From: Pseudomonadota bacterium
Lineage (GTDB): Bacteria > Bdellovibrionota > Bdellovibrionia > Bdellovibrionales > SG-bin7
Assembly: GCA_034439715.1 (NCBI GenBank)
Contig: JAWXAY010000010.1
Location: 54,590 to 118,589 of the forward strand
Reading direction: 5' to 3'
DNA: 64,000 nt
The position numbers were made by a program, and so were the translations under genes. Positions within the stretch are counted from its first letter, which is position 1. The number at the start of each line of letters is the position of its first letter. Of the stretch, positions 49,299 to 58,987 are shown piece after piece. The notes beneath the pieces are model-generated. The model was given only the letters and a program-made list of their open reading frames with translations, did no database searches and was not told the origin of the DNA.

Positions 49299-50216
49299 TC
49301 AGAATGAGACGTTACTAAGAAAATCTAGTACGACGGAACTCTTTAAAAATAATTCGCCCGCACAATCGCCGTCCTGGCAGACGCGTGACTTTCGACAGCC
49401 TTCTTTGGTTGTATCGAAATCTTCTTCGCCATCAATGAGAATGCCCTCGACTCTTAAGGTTGAGGCGTTAAAGATCGGAGAGCCTGAATTACCAGTGTAG
49501 GTATCTAAGTTGGTATTAACATAGTTGTTGGGGCCGACTCTTCTGACCCAAGCATTATCGGTGTACTTTAATGGTAAGCCGAGAGGGTGACCCCAGGCAA
49601 ACAGCCTGTCGCCAATTACTAATTTGGAGTCAGTTTCGAGCACTAGCGGGATGTGCCCCCTTACATCACGGTCCAGTTCAATAATTGCGAAATCGTCTTC
49701 TAAAGATTGCTGCTCCTTTGGATTGTGCTCACTGTGAATAAGCTTGCCACAGGAATAAATATCACTATTCGAAATTTCGTTATAAGGACGGTTGCTGCCA
49801 TCAATGGCATAGCCAAAGACAAACTTAGTATTATTACAGGCCTGTCTCGAAGCAATACAATGTCCCGCCGAAACGACCAGTCGGGGTGAAATTAGAAACC
49901 CCGTGCAATACATAGCCGTCTCTTGTTCTTTAAAGCTTTCATCAGGGCAAACGCTTTCTTGTTTTTCAAGCGAAAGAGATTTGATCTTCGAATAACCATT
50001 GCCAAGATCTTCGATTGCTTTTGGAGCTACAAGGCCAACTACGGCTGCGGCCAAGGCTTGAACCTGATGATCAGGTATTTGGCTCAGCTCCAGGCGGTCG
50101 TCGGAACCATATATTACCCCGACTGGGTTCGAGGGCTGCCATGGCTGAGCAAAGACCAGGGTCGGAAAATTCAAAGCCGAGCTAAATAAAAAAACAGCTA
50201 AGTGTTTATTCACCAA
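49299..50216 (-). CDS. Secreted trypsin-like serine protease (S1)
   Basis: Signal peptide, VIYGSDDR, SAGHC, DFAIIELD, GNSGSP. Confidence 0.88.
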   Translation of the reverse strand: MVNKHLAVFLFSSALNFPTLVFAQPWQPSNPVGVIYGSDDRLELSQIPDHQVQALAAAVVGLVAPKAIEDLGNGYSKIKSLSLEKQESVCPDESFKEQETAMYCTGFLISPRLVVSAGHCIASRQACNNTKFVFGYAIDGSNRPYNEISNSDIYSCGKLIHSEHNPKEQQSLEDDFAIIELDRDVRGHIPLVLETDSKLVIGDRLFAWGHPLGLPLKYTDNAWVRRVGPNNYVNTNLDTYTGNSGSPIFNASTLRVEGILIDGEEDFDTTKEGCRKSRVCQDGDCAGELFLKSSVVLDFLSNVSF

Positions 50217-50229
50217 GGACGATTGTCTC

Positions 50230-51624
50230 TTACTTTGAGAGCTCGTGTAAAAGAAAAATTTGGCTTAAACAGGATTTCTTGAAATCACTGACGCACAGGC
50301 TTTCGTTTTCGCCGTGAGCATTTGTATAGGGATCTTCGACACCAACTAAAAGCGCAGGTGCGCCCTTAAGCAATTGTACGAATTGTTTGACAAAGGGTAT
50401 GCTACCGCCGCAGCCCATTTTTACGGGTTTTTTTCCGTATCCAAGAGTTAAAGCTTTTTCGGCAGCTTTAAATGCTTTTGTTTCGTATATTTTAGGGTCA
50501 GCGGCCCAGCCTGAGTTACCTTCTTCCCAAGAAATTTTTACGTCTAGGCCCCATTGAGCATTTTTTTTAAAATGGCGTACTAAGGCTTCTCTAGATTTAG
50601 CAACTGGCATGCCAGGAGCAAGGCGCAGAGTTACGCGGGCCCACGCTGTGTCGTTGATTACATTGCCGGCTTGGCTGCGCGAAGCAACTTGCATAGCATT
50701 TATGCTGATGCTCGGTTTTCTCCATAAGGATTCCCAAATTTCATGTTTTTTAAAGAAAAGTTTAGCTTTTTTTACGATCCCCAGTTGGTGGCGAAATACT
50801 TTTTCGTGATAAGGGGTTTCTCTGAGAAATTTTTTTTCCGCTGATGTTAGTTTGGGCACAAGTTTATTGATTTCCTTAACGGCAACTCTTCCATCTTTAT
50901 TTATTAGGGTTGAAAGCAGTTTTGAGAGCGCCATGGCAGGATCAGGTGTCGGGCCACCCCACATGCCTGAATGGACCGTATTTTTTAAGCTACGTACTTC
51001 AATCTCAAAACCCAAAAGGCCCCGGAGGGAAACCGTCAACGCCGGTATGCCGACATCAAAATTTGACGTGTCAGATAGCAGGATAACATCGGCAGCAAAT
51101 AAATCTTTATATTGTTGTAAAAAACGATCCAGATTAGGGCTACCAATTTCTTCTTCGCCTTCGACAATGATTTTGATATTCACAGGGAGCTCACCCAGTG
51201 ATTCTAGATAAGAGTGAATCGCGGCGGTTTGGGCAATTATTCCCGCTTTGTCATCGGCAGCACCCCGAGCATATAGTCTCTCGCCTCCTGGCCCTTTCAG
51301 TAAAGTGGGCTCGAAGGGTTCAGTATTCCAAAGATTTTTTTGACCAATAGGTTGCACGTCATAGTGTGCGTACATTAATACTGTCGGTTTTCCTTTGGCA
51401 TGTAACCAGTCTCCATAAACAAAGGGATTGGCATTGGGGATTTCTAAAAACTTAACATTTTCAAGTCCCCGTGCCTTTAAGAGATCGGCCACTTTGTGCC
51501 CACAATCCAAAACAGATTTTTTATCAAAGCCTTCAAAGCTAATGCTCGGAATTTTAATCAATTCCTTTAAATCATTAAGATGAAGTTCCCAATCCTGTTC
51601 AAATTTTTGAATTACTTTTTGCAT
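50230..51624 (-). CDS. M20 family dipeptidase
   Basis: YAHYDVQP, ARGAADDK, EGEEEIGS, HSG, GGSIP, AHGENE. Confidence 0.9.
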   Translation of the reverse strand: MQKVIQKFEQDWELHLNDLKELIKIPSISFEGFDKKSVLDCGHKVADLLKARGLENVKFLEIPNANPFVYGDWLHAKGKPTVLMYAHYDVQPIGQKNLWNTEPFEPTLLKGPGGERLYARGAADDKAGIIAQTAAIHSYLESLGELPVNIKIIVEGEEEIGSPNLDRFLQQYKDLFAADVILLSDTSNFDVGIPALTVSLRGLLGFEIEVRSLKNTVHSGMWGGPTPDPAMALSKLLSTLINKDGRVAVKEINKLVPKLTSAEKKFLRETPYHEKVFRHQLGIVKKAKLFFKKHEIWESLWRKPSISINAMQVASRSQAGNVINDTAWARVTLRLAPGMPVAKSREALVRHFKKNAQWGLDVKISWEEGNSGWAADPKIYETKAFKAAEKALTLGYGKKPVKMGCGGSIPFVKQFVQLLKGAPALLVGVEDPYTNAHGENESLCVSDFKKSCLSQIFLLHELSK

Positions 51625-51680
51625 GCCGGGCCATCATAAATCTCGCGGGAATCTAAGGCAACCAAATTATAAGTGCGGAA

Positions 51681-52397
51681 CTAGGTAATTGTATTGATAG
51701 TGACATTCAAAGTTTTAAATACGAACTCGTGATTAACAAAGGAGACTTCGTAGGCTTTGGTCAAAAAAATATCCGAAGAAAAGTGGCATATAGATGCGTG
51801 ATGGTTGCCCAGTGTTAAATACTGAAAATAACAAGCTGGTTTATTTAATTTAAGAGAAAATTTATTGTCCTCTAGATTAAACTCAATATCCTTGAGGCCT
51901 GTGTTCAGGCCCTGACCTGTGGCTTTGCTGTATGACTCTTTTAGGCACCAATGAGCATAGAATTTTTTTGCGCGACCACTAGGCTCGGTACTTTCGATAT
52001 CTAAAATCTCTTTTTCAGTGCCATAGTTTTTTACAATATTAAGAAATTTACGATCAGAGTTATCGCATTCAACATCAACACCCAACTCACCACTATCACC
52101 TAAGACGAGAGCAAGAACTCCATTAGAATGACTTAAATTGAACGGCCTGCCCTGATGAGCAGTTGGCTTTCCAGAATCAGAAACTGCTAGCTTATCGGGT
52201 AGGTCTAAATCATAAATTTTGCGGAAGACACTTCTTAGCAAAGTACGACCTCTCAAGAGTTCAGACTGTCTTTTTAAAGATTTAGCTGCTGCAATGGCCA
52301 TTTGCTCAAAAGCAGGTAAGTTGTTTTTCATAAATTTAAGATCGAGTTCCGATGTATTCGATTCCGGCCAATAAAAAAAGTGGAGCTCTTTATTCAT
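51681..52397 (-). CDS. Sfp-type 4'-phosphopantetheinyl transferase
   Basis: GKP, FNLSHS, GVDVE, WCLKESYSKATGQGL. Confidence 0.88.
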   Translation of the reverse strand: MNKELHFFYWPESNTSELDLKFMKNNLPAFEQMAIAAAKSLKRQSELLRGRTLLRSVFRKIYDLDLPDKLAVSDSGKPTAHQGRPFNLSHSNGVLALVLGDSGELGVDVECDNSDRKFLNIVKNYGTEKEILDIESTEPSGRAKKFYAHWCLKESYSKATGQGLNTGLKDIEFNLEDNKFSLKLNKPACYFQYLTLGNHHASICHFSSDIFLTKAYEVSFVNHEFVFKTLNVTINTIT

Positions 52398-52494
52398 GCC
52401 AGGCTTATACGCAGTCAATTGAAGCTCAGCAATGAGTTCATCGTTAAGCCCGCCGCATCATGATTAAAGCGAAATAATTGCGTTGCTGGCGACG

Positions 52495-53559
52495 TTAATT
52501 AGCCAGCTCCTTTATTTTAACTAAGGCTCCGGGGTCGATCCGGTAGTCTTGTGATGCCTTTGTAACTCTGGCGATCGCAATATCTTGGCCGGCTTCAACG
52601 ATAATGACTTCTGCAATAGATTCGAGTGGATGAGAAATAGAGTAATCGAGCGGAGATTCACACTCTATGCCGACCCACTTGTAGTGCATATTATAAACAC
52701 TAAACTGATCACCCTTTCTAATATTAGAGCGCCAGCCACCCCGAACTGCGATGTGTGTGTCGCCATCAGCAATTACAGAATCGAAAATAACTTTTGATTG
52801 CCAAACGTCAGTCCATTTTTCCACATTCATACGAGTCATATGAGTATTGACCAGATTGTCGATGGATTCTTGAAACGCATTTGTGACCACTTTAAACAGT
52901 GGCGTTTTAAAAAAGAAATCTAAACCAATAAAACCCATGTAATCAAATGAGCCATCTAACTTTACTTCGCTCGCATGGCCTTCGTCGATAGCTATAGGCT
53001 TTTTCGTCAACGGATCTTCAGATTGAAGTGTAACACTTAGTCTTGTGTTATTAAGACTAAGGCTGCCACCTACAGGAAGTGGCGATCCGCCGCCGGGATA
53101 TCCAGCATGAATTCCCCCTCCTGCAATCAACTCAAAACTAATCACGTTACCGCTCAAGCGAATTTCGGGAGATTGATCAAGACACTTTGGTACTTCTTTG
53201 GCTTTAGCAAAACTTGAGACGGAATGTTTAAAAAATCCATAACGGGCCAAAAGGCTATCATCAGACTCTACGTACAAACTTGTCTTTTGCCTTCCGGCAA
53301 TAACGGGATATCCAATTTGTATTGGCCTATCGATAATAAAATGCGGATCTCGCATTAAAGCATAATAAAACAAGGCATTTGCTATATAGGGAAAATCAAT
53401 TATTCTGCCATCGGGCATTTTAATAATTTGTCCTTTAACGGGGCCCACGTCGGCAGAAAGTCGCAGGTACCTTTCTTTAGGATCGTCACCTGTGCAACTA
53501 TCGACACCCATCAGTGTAAAACTTAAAACTCCAATTAATAAGACTTTCATAATTTTCAT
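52495..53559 (-). CDS. Lipoprotein with possible CsgG/HfaB-like and FlgT C-terminal-like domains
   Basis: Signal peptide with Cys; GNVISFE, VTLQSEDPLT, FFKTPLFKVV; IAVRGG..SNIRKGDQFSVY. Confidence 0.45.
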   Translation of the reverse strand: MKIMKVLLIGVLSFTLMGVDSCTGDDPKERYLRLSADVGPVKGQIIKMPDGRIIDFPYIANALFYYALMRDPHFIIDRPIQIGYPVIAGRQKTSLYVESDDSLLARYGFFKHSVSSFAKAKEVPKCLDQSPEIRLSGNVISFELIAGGGIHAGYPGGGSPLPVGGSLSLNNTRLSVTLQSEDPLTKKPIAIDEGHASEVKLDGSFDYMGFIGLDFFFKTPLFKVVTNAFQESIDNLVNTHMTRMNVEKWTDVWQSKVIFDSVIADGDTHIAVRGGWRSNIRKGDQFSVYNMHYKWVGIECESPLDYSISHPLESIAEVIIVEAGQDIAIARVTKASQDYRIDPGALVKIKELAN

Positions 53560-53569
53560 AAAAACCTCG

Positions 53570-54526
53570 CTATTTAGGGTCTTTCGGATCAAAGTAAATT
53601 TCAATTCGCGTTTGCGATTTTGGAATAAAACTGCCATGAAAAAAAATCGAATTTTTTTGGGAATTATAAGTCCAACCATTTGTTGGATCGTTAGGTATCA
53701 AAATGCGATTAAAACTTACTCGAAGAGACTCAACAATGGGTATTCGGGATAAAGAAATTTCGGTTAAAAGTGTAAGAAGAGTTTTTTCGACGTGATTGAG
53801 TACATTCTTTAGATTCGCCGTGCAAATGGTCGAAGACACGCCCTCTGATAAGTGTACCAGCTCCATGTATCTCGCCCCAACATCTTTGTAGTCACCAAAA
53901 GTCTTACAGTTCTCGTCTGCCGCTCCTGTCACACCAATAAAATGCATCATCCAGCTCCGCTTACGAGTAGAAGTAGGGGACTTTAAGTTTTCTAAAAAAT
54001 TAATATAGTCTTTTGTGGCGGCTTCGCTCTGGTCATTTTCGTTCGAAAGTATTACTACAAGTAGAAATGCATCGGAGCGCAGAAATCCTTGGTTACTATC
54101 GCTAACTAAAGGCTCAGTGAAAGCTAGTCTGAAAGCCTCAAGCCCCTTTTCGACATTAGAACCGTCAGCGCCCAGCAAAAGTTTTTCTTTGAGTCGCTCA
54201 TTAATGTTTGGCGTAGAATTAATCAAATAACTAGGGCTTCCAATAAGTTTTCCCCTCTCGCCGTTACCACTGACATCTGTACTCGTGGCCCCTAAATGAA
54301 AATCAAATTGCTTTTCTTGGAGACGAGAAATTAGATCAGGAGCCGTATTAAACAAAATCTCTTGGTGTTGAAGCATAGAGCTGGAGTTATCGATGACCAA
54401 TAAGATGTCAACTTTGCTATTAAACTGGGGTCTAAAATCTAAAGAGGTAGACTCTGGACTCAGAGAAAACGCATTCTTCTGTCCACAGGAAAGTAAAATT
54501 GTGGTAATTAACAAGAGTAATTTCAT
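53570..54526 (-). CDS. vWA-domain lipoprotein
   Basis: Lipobox LLSC; MIDAS DILLVIDNSSSM; FLRSDAFLLVVILSNEND. Confidence 0.8.
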   Translation of the reverse strand: MKLLLLITTILLSCGQKNAFSLSPESTSLDFRPQFNSKVDILLVIDNSSSMLQHQEILFNTAPDLISRLQEKQFDFHLGATSTDVSGNGERGKLIGSPSYLINSTPNINERLKEKLLLGADGSNVEKGLEAFRLAFTEPLVSDSNQGFLRSDAFLLVVILSNENDQSEAATKDYINFLENLKSPTSTRKRSWMMHFIGVTGAADENCKTFGDYKDVGARYMELVHLSEGVSSTICTANLKNVLNHVEKTLLTLLTEISLSRIPIVESLRVSFNRILIPNDPTNGWTYNSQKNSIFFHGSFIPKSQTRIEIYFDPKDPK

Positions 54527-55233
54527 CGAATTAAAGCCATTGTGGAAGAGGGGATAACGGCCGACATAAAGATTCCACCAAATTCAAAGTTCGCCTTAGG
54601 AATAGTACTGACATACCCCAAAATGTTTTCGGGCTCGAGGAGAAATAGATCTCTCTTAATAGGTAAGCTTGTTTTTAGCATAGGATCGTAGGGAACATCA
54701 ACGAGTAGGGCCACCACTCCCTTGCCGAAAAAAAGGTGGGCGCGAAAGTTTTTAGCCATTGGAATATCGATTCTTGCTAGCTTACCGTCTGTTATACCAG
54801 GCAGAAGTTCACCATTTGACAAACCATACTTTTCACTAAATTTATCGAACTTTTCGCTGAGGAGATAAAGAGGATATCGAACTTCGACAAAACTGTGTTG
54901 TTGGGCGTCCACGTAAGCGCGAACTTGGGTTCCGGGAAGCTCAGAAATTATAGTGGACCAGTTGTCCAAGAAAACATTAGGTGAGGGCATAGTTAGAACC
55001 AATTTTTGACTTGGAATATCCAGCCAGATAGCTTTATGGTTTCCCAAAACTGAGCTTTCAAGAAAGCCCGTTAAATTTTTACTTATTTTATCCAAAGATT
55101 CTTTATCCCATTGCCTACTTTGGGAGGAGAATAATTGCGGGGGACAGCCATCCTTGCAAGTAGAACTCGAAAAAGGCGAGTATTCGCAACCACAAACAGT
55201 TATAAAAATCCAAATTAAAAATAGCCTTACCAT
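54523..55233 (-). CDS. Hypothetical lipoprotein
   Basis: Start MVRLF at 55233 after AGGAG; lipobox-like VCGC. Confidence 0.6.
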   Translation of the reverse strand: MVRLFLIWIFITVCGCEYSPFSSSTCKDGCPPQLFSSQSRQWDKESLDKISKNLTGFLESSVLGNHKAIWLDIPSQKLVLTMPSPNVFLDNWSTIISELPGTQVRAYVDAQQHSFVEVRYPLYLLSEKFDKFSEKYGLSNGELLPGITDGKLARIDIPMAKNFRAHLFFGKGVVALLVDVPYDPMLKTSLPIKRDLFLLEPENILGYVSTIPKANFEFGGIFMSAVIPSSTMALIR

Positions 55234-55423
55234 AGGTACTCCTAAGTTTAAATTTAGATGAGTATTCAATGGTGAGACGTTTTTCAAAAGAAGGAGTAGC
55301 TCTTGTCAGAAACTCAGTATGGACCTAGAAAAATAAATAAAGAAGAAAAAAAAATACTTTCGAATTTCTGTCCACAGTTTTTGCAAAAAAATCCCAATTC
55401 CCAACTTGAGAACTACACAAAAT

Positions 55424-56347
55424 CTACTTTAGCCAGCTGGGAATTCCCGCTCTTGAAAGTTTAGCTGGAAGTGAGTGACCTAAAATCTTTCGAAGCCAAT
55501 GATTAATGGATATTATTTTCTGCAAGTCTATGCCAGTTTTGAAACCCATGCCGTGAAGCATATATAAAATGTCTTCGGTGGCGACATTTCCTTGAGCACC
55601 TTTGGCAAAGGGGCAGCCGCCCAGGCCACCCAAGCTACTGTCGAAATTGCGAATACCATATTTAATGCCTTCCAAAATATTTGCTACAGCTGTACCCCTC
55701 GTATCATGGAAGTGCAGAGCATATTTTTTGGGTGAAGCCACCCGGAACAAGGTTAATAATAGGGATTTAACCTGCAAGGGTGTGGCTACGCCGATGGTAT
55801 CGCCAATTGAAACCTCATATACGCCCAGTTCAAAAAGTTTTTCGGCGAGCTCAGCAACCTTTTTCTCACTAACCTTTCCTTCATAGGGACAGCCAAAGCA
55901 GGTACTAATATAGCCACGTACCCTAACGCCATTTTTTTTAGCCAATTTCAATACGCTCTCAAAGCGCTGGAGACTTTGCTCGGGAGTACAGTTAATATTT
56001 TTCAAAGCAAAAGTTTTACTAACCGCTGTGAATACCGCAACCTCATGAATCCCAGTTTCAATAGCATCTATAATTCCGCGGTCATTTGGGACGAGTGCTG
56101 AAAAACAAACTGAAGGCAAAATGGTTTTCTTTTTTTGAGCTTTAATTATTTTCGCGACTAGCTGGGCTGTGCCTTTCATCTGTGGGACCCATTTGGGATT
56201 CACAAAGGCCCCGAGCTCCATGTGCCTTACACCCGCTTGAACCAGTTTTTTTACCATTTTGGCGCGCGTCTCTACGCTAAGTATTTTTTTTTCGTGCTGC
56301 AGGCCATCCCTTAGACTCACTTCAACTATTCGTACTTCTCTTGACAC
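55424..56347 (-). CDS. liuE: Hydroxymethylglutaryl-CoA lyase
   Basis: RDGLQ, WVPQM, GDTIG, HFHDTRG, GGCPFA, GNVATED. Confidence 0.93.
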   Translation of the reverse strand: MSREVRIVEVSLRDGLQHEKKILSVETRAKMVKKLVQAGVRHMELGAFVNPKWVPQMKGTAQLVAKIIKAQKKKTILPSVCFSALVPNDRGIIDAIETGIHEVAVFTAVSKTFALKNINCTPEQSLQRFESVLKLAKKNGVRVRGYISTCFGCPYEGKVSEKKVAELAEKLFELGVYEVSIGDTIGVATPLQVKSLLLTLFRVASPKKYALHFHDTRGTAVANILEGIKYGIRNFDSSLGGLGGCPFAKGAQGNVATEDILYMLHGMGFKTGIDLQKIISINHWLRKILGHSLPAKLSRAGIPSWLK

Positions 56348-56355
56348 AAATGATC

Positions 56356-56721
56356 CTATTCTATCTCGACGAGTTTTTGTCCTAACGCTACCTGATCTCC
56401 TAACTTGCAGCCCACAAATTTAATCTTTCCTGTTTTGTCAGCCTTAAGACTATATTCCATTTTCATAGCTTCCATCGATATCAAAACATTGCCCACTCCT
56501 ACGGAGTTACCGACGTTACAGTCTACTTTAGTGATTTTTCCAGGCATAGGAGCTAAAATTATTCCGGTGATTTTGGTGCTAGGGGAGGATCTTTTCTTTT
56601 CGGCGCGCTCTGGTCCAAAGGTAAATGTTTCGCCATTGAGATGTACCCATAGCGTGTCCTTTATTTTTTGAACTTTACCTGTGGTCTTTTTTGCACCTAT
56701 CTGGAAAACAACAGTTTTCAT
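56356..56721 (-). CDS. Biotin carboxyl carrier subunit
   Basis: APMPG, EAMKM; TGATG overlap with the carboxylase gene. Confidence 0.88.
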   Translation of the reverse strand: MKTVVFQIGAKKTTGKVQKIKDTLWVHLNGETFTFGPERAEKKRSSPSTKITGIILAPMPGKITKVDCNVGNSVGVGNVLISMEAMKMEYSLKADKTGKIKFVGCKLGDQVALGQKLVEIE

Positions 56722-58196
56722 CAGACTCTCCAATCTTGTCGCCAAGGATTGGGCAGCACTATTTGATCATTGGAATGGGCAAGTGTGCAATGATCGTAGG
56801 CGAAGGCCGCAAACTTTCGTTGGTCGTTCGTCAATGATTTCTGTTCGAGTCCATTTGGAAAGTACTTACCAATAAACTGAGTGGTCATGGTGGTACTAAC
56901 AAAGTCGGGATGTGCAAGAATGGCTTTCAAAAATGGTATATTTGTCTTTACACCAAATATAACCGTCTGGCTCAAAACTTCAATAGCTTTTTTTATACAT
57001 TGGGGGCGATTTTCGTCCCAAACGATAATTTTTCCGATCATCGGGTCATAGTAGTGAGTTATCGTATCTCCCGTTTCGAATCCAAATTCAAACCGCCGAC
57101 CTGGGCCATTTGGTAGCTCCATATCTCCCAATCGGCCCGTACTGGGCATTCCTTGTGAGTAGGAATCTTCAGCGTAAATACGGCACTCTATTGCGTGTCC
57201 ACGCGCTGACAGTTCAGTTCGGCTCCAATTTAGCGGCATACCTTGGGCCGTCAAAATCTGAGCCTTCACCAAATCTAAATTCAAAATGAGTTCTGTAACA
57301 GCGTGTTCGACTTGAAGTCGAGTATTCATTTCTATAAAATAAAAGTCTCCATCTTGAAAAAGGAACTCAATGGTGCCCGCGTTTTTGTAGGCGCCCTTTT
57401 CTGCTATTTTTCGGGCCAGTTCGCACAAGATCTGTCGCTCTTTTTCAGTTAACGACGCACTGGGAGCCTCTTCGATTATTTTTTGGTGACGTCGTTGCAC
57501 GGTACATTCTCGCTCACATAAAATATGAATTTTACCAAGGGCATCTCCGAAAACTTGAACTTCTATATGTTTGGCTCGGTCGAGGTATTTTTCTAAGAAA
57601 ACTTTATCTGAGCCAAAAGATGAATTAGCCTCTCGTTTTGCGGACTCAATTTTCTCTCGAACATCTGCTTTAGATTGAATGACCTTTAGACCGCGCCCAC
57701 CTCCGCCAGCAGTGGCCTTCACTAAAACTGGGTAACCCATTTTTTCGCACTGTTCGATAAGAAAGTTGATATCCTGATTGTCACCCTTATAACCGGGAAC
57801 AGTTTTAATTTTCATTTCTTCGGCAATTTTTTTTGCTTCTATCTTATCTCCAAAGAGTTTTATAGCGCCGGCATCTGGACCAATAAATGTAAGATTGGCC
57901 TCTCTGCAAGCAAGCGCAAATTCAGCATTCTCAGATAGGAAACCAAATCCCGGGTGAACAGCTTGCGCGCCCCCAGCCTGAGCTCCTCGAATATTATTTT
58001 GAATATTCAAATAGCTTTCGTTAGGTGGTGCTGAGCCAATACAAACCTGGTGGTCAGATAAGCGGTGGGCCAGACTCTGAGAATCTGGTTCCGAATGTAA
58101 TAACACCGTTTGGATTCCAAGCTCTTGACAGGCTCTAATAATTCTCACGGCGACTTCGCCTCGATTTGCTATAGCGATTCGTTGAAACTCCTTCAT
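56721..58196 (-). CDS. liuD: Biotin carboxylase subunit of methylcrotonyl-CoA carboxylase
   Basis: ANRGE, HPGFGFLSEN, GGGGRG, QRRHQK, EMNTRLQVEH; liu context. Confidence 0.85.
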   Translation of the reverse strand: MKEFQRIAIANRGEVAVRIIRACQELGIQTVLLHSEPDSQSLAHRLSDHQVCIGSAPPNESYLNIQNNIRGAQAGGAQAVHPGFGFLSENAEFALACREANLTFIGPDAGAIKLFGDKIEAKKIAEEMKIKTVPGYKGDNQDINFLIEQCEKMGYPVLVKATAGGGGRGLKVIQSKADVREKIESAKREANSSFGSDKVFLEKYLDRAKHIEVQVFGDALGKIHILCERECTVQRRHQKIIEEAPSASLTEKERQILCELARKIAEKGAYKNAGTIEFLFQDGDFYFIEMNTRLQVEHAVTELILNLDLVKAQILTAQGMPLNWSRTELSARGHAIECRIYAEDSYSQGMPSTGRLGDMELPNGPGRRFEFGFETGDTITHYYDPMIGKIIVWDENRPQCIKKAIEVLSQTVIFGVKTNIPFLKAILAHPDFVSTTMTTQFIGKYFPNGLEQKSLTNDQRKFAAFAYDHCTLAHSNDQIVLPNPWRQDWRV

Positions 58197-58978
58197 AGAT
58201 CTGAAATTCTCCAGGTCGGTGGGCGCTTCTCTAAAAAGGCTCGCATGCCCTCTTGCCCCTCGGAGCTAACTCGTCTCTCGGCAATTATTCTGGCAGTCTT
58301 TGTTTTGGCTTTACTTAGGGGATTGGTAAAAATAAAGTCTATAAGACTTTTAGTGATTTGAATGGCTTCAGGTCCACATTTATGAATCGAACTTATGGTA
58401 TCGACGATAAATTTTTCGATATTATTCTTATCTCCTACAAAATGAACTAGGCCAGAATCATAGGCGCGCTGGGCAGAAAAAATCTTACCGGTGACCATAA
58501 GTTCCCGGAGTGAGGCCTCAGACATTTTTCTGGCAACAAATGGACATATCACTGAAGGCACGAGGCCTAAGTGAGCCTCGCTAAAACCAAAAAGTGTGTT
58601 TGACTCGGCAACAACAATATCACAAACAGAGGCTAAGCCTAACCCACCACCTCGAACGTTTCCATGAACTCTGCCAATAACGGGAACAGGACACTGAAAA
58701 ATAGTATCAAACATTTCGTAGAGTTGTTCGGCGTCTTTAAGGTTTTGCTTGTTAGTATACTTTACCATGGACTTCATCCACTCAAGATCGCCGCCTGCGC
58801 AAAAACTTGGGCCCTCGCCACTCAGTACAATGACACGAACATCTTTAGGTAGATTTTTTTTAGAAAAAAGAAAAATCAGTTCCTTTATAATGTCCAGGTT
58901 AAACGCGTTATGAATGGTTGGGCGATTTAATTTGACATGTAAATCATGACCTAATCTTTCAGTCAGAACAAAGGACAT
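58193..58978 (-). CDS. liuC: Enoyl-CoA hydratase, methylglutaconyl-CoA hydratase by context
   Basis: LNRP..HNA, FCAGGDL, GGGLGL, EGQEGMRAFLEKR. Confidence 0.82.
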   Translation of the reverse strand: MSFVLTERLGHDLHVKLNRPTIHNAFNLDIIKELIFLFSKKNLPKDVRVIVLSGEGPSFCAGGDLEWMKSMVKYTNKQNLKDAEQLYEMFDTIFQCPVPVIGRVHGNVRGGGLGLASVCDIVVAESNTLFGFSEAHLGLVPSVICPFVARKMSEASLRELMVTGKIFSAQRAYDSGLVHFVGDKNNIEKFIVDTISSIHKCGPEAIQITKSLIDFIFTNPLSKAKTKTARIIAERRVSSEGQEGMRAFLEKRPPTWRISDL

Positions 58979-58987
58979 AAAAACTCC

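Noticed and set aside
51681..52397. PKS/NRPS cluster implied by the Sfp-type PPTase and HMG-CoA synthase
   Set aside because: No KS, adenylation, condensation or ACP genes in the window.
55381..55397. sigma54 motif upstream of the lipoprotein operon
   Set aside because: GG-to-GC spacing is 9 nt rather than 10.
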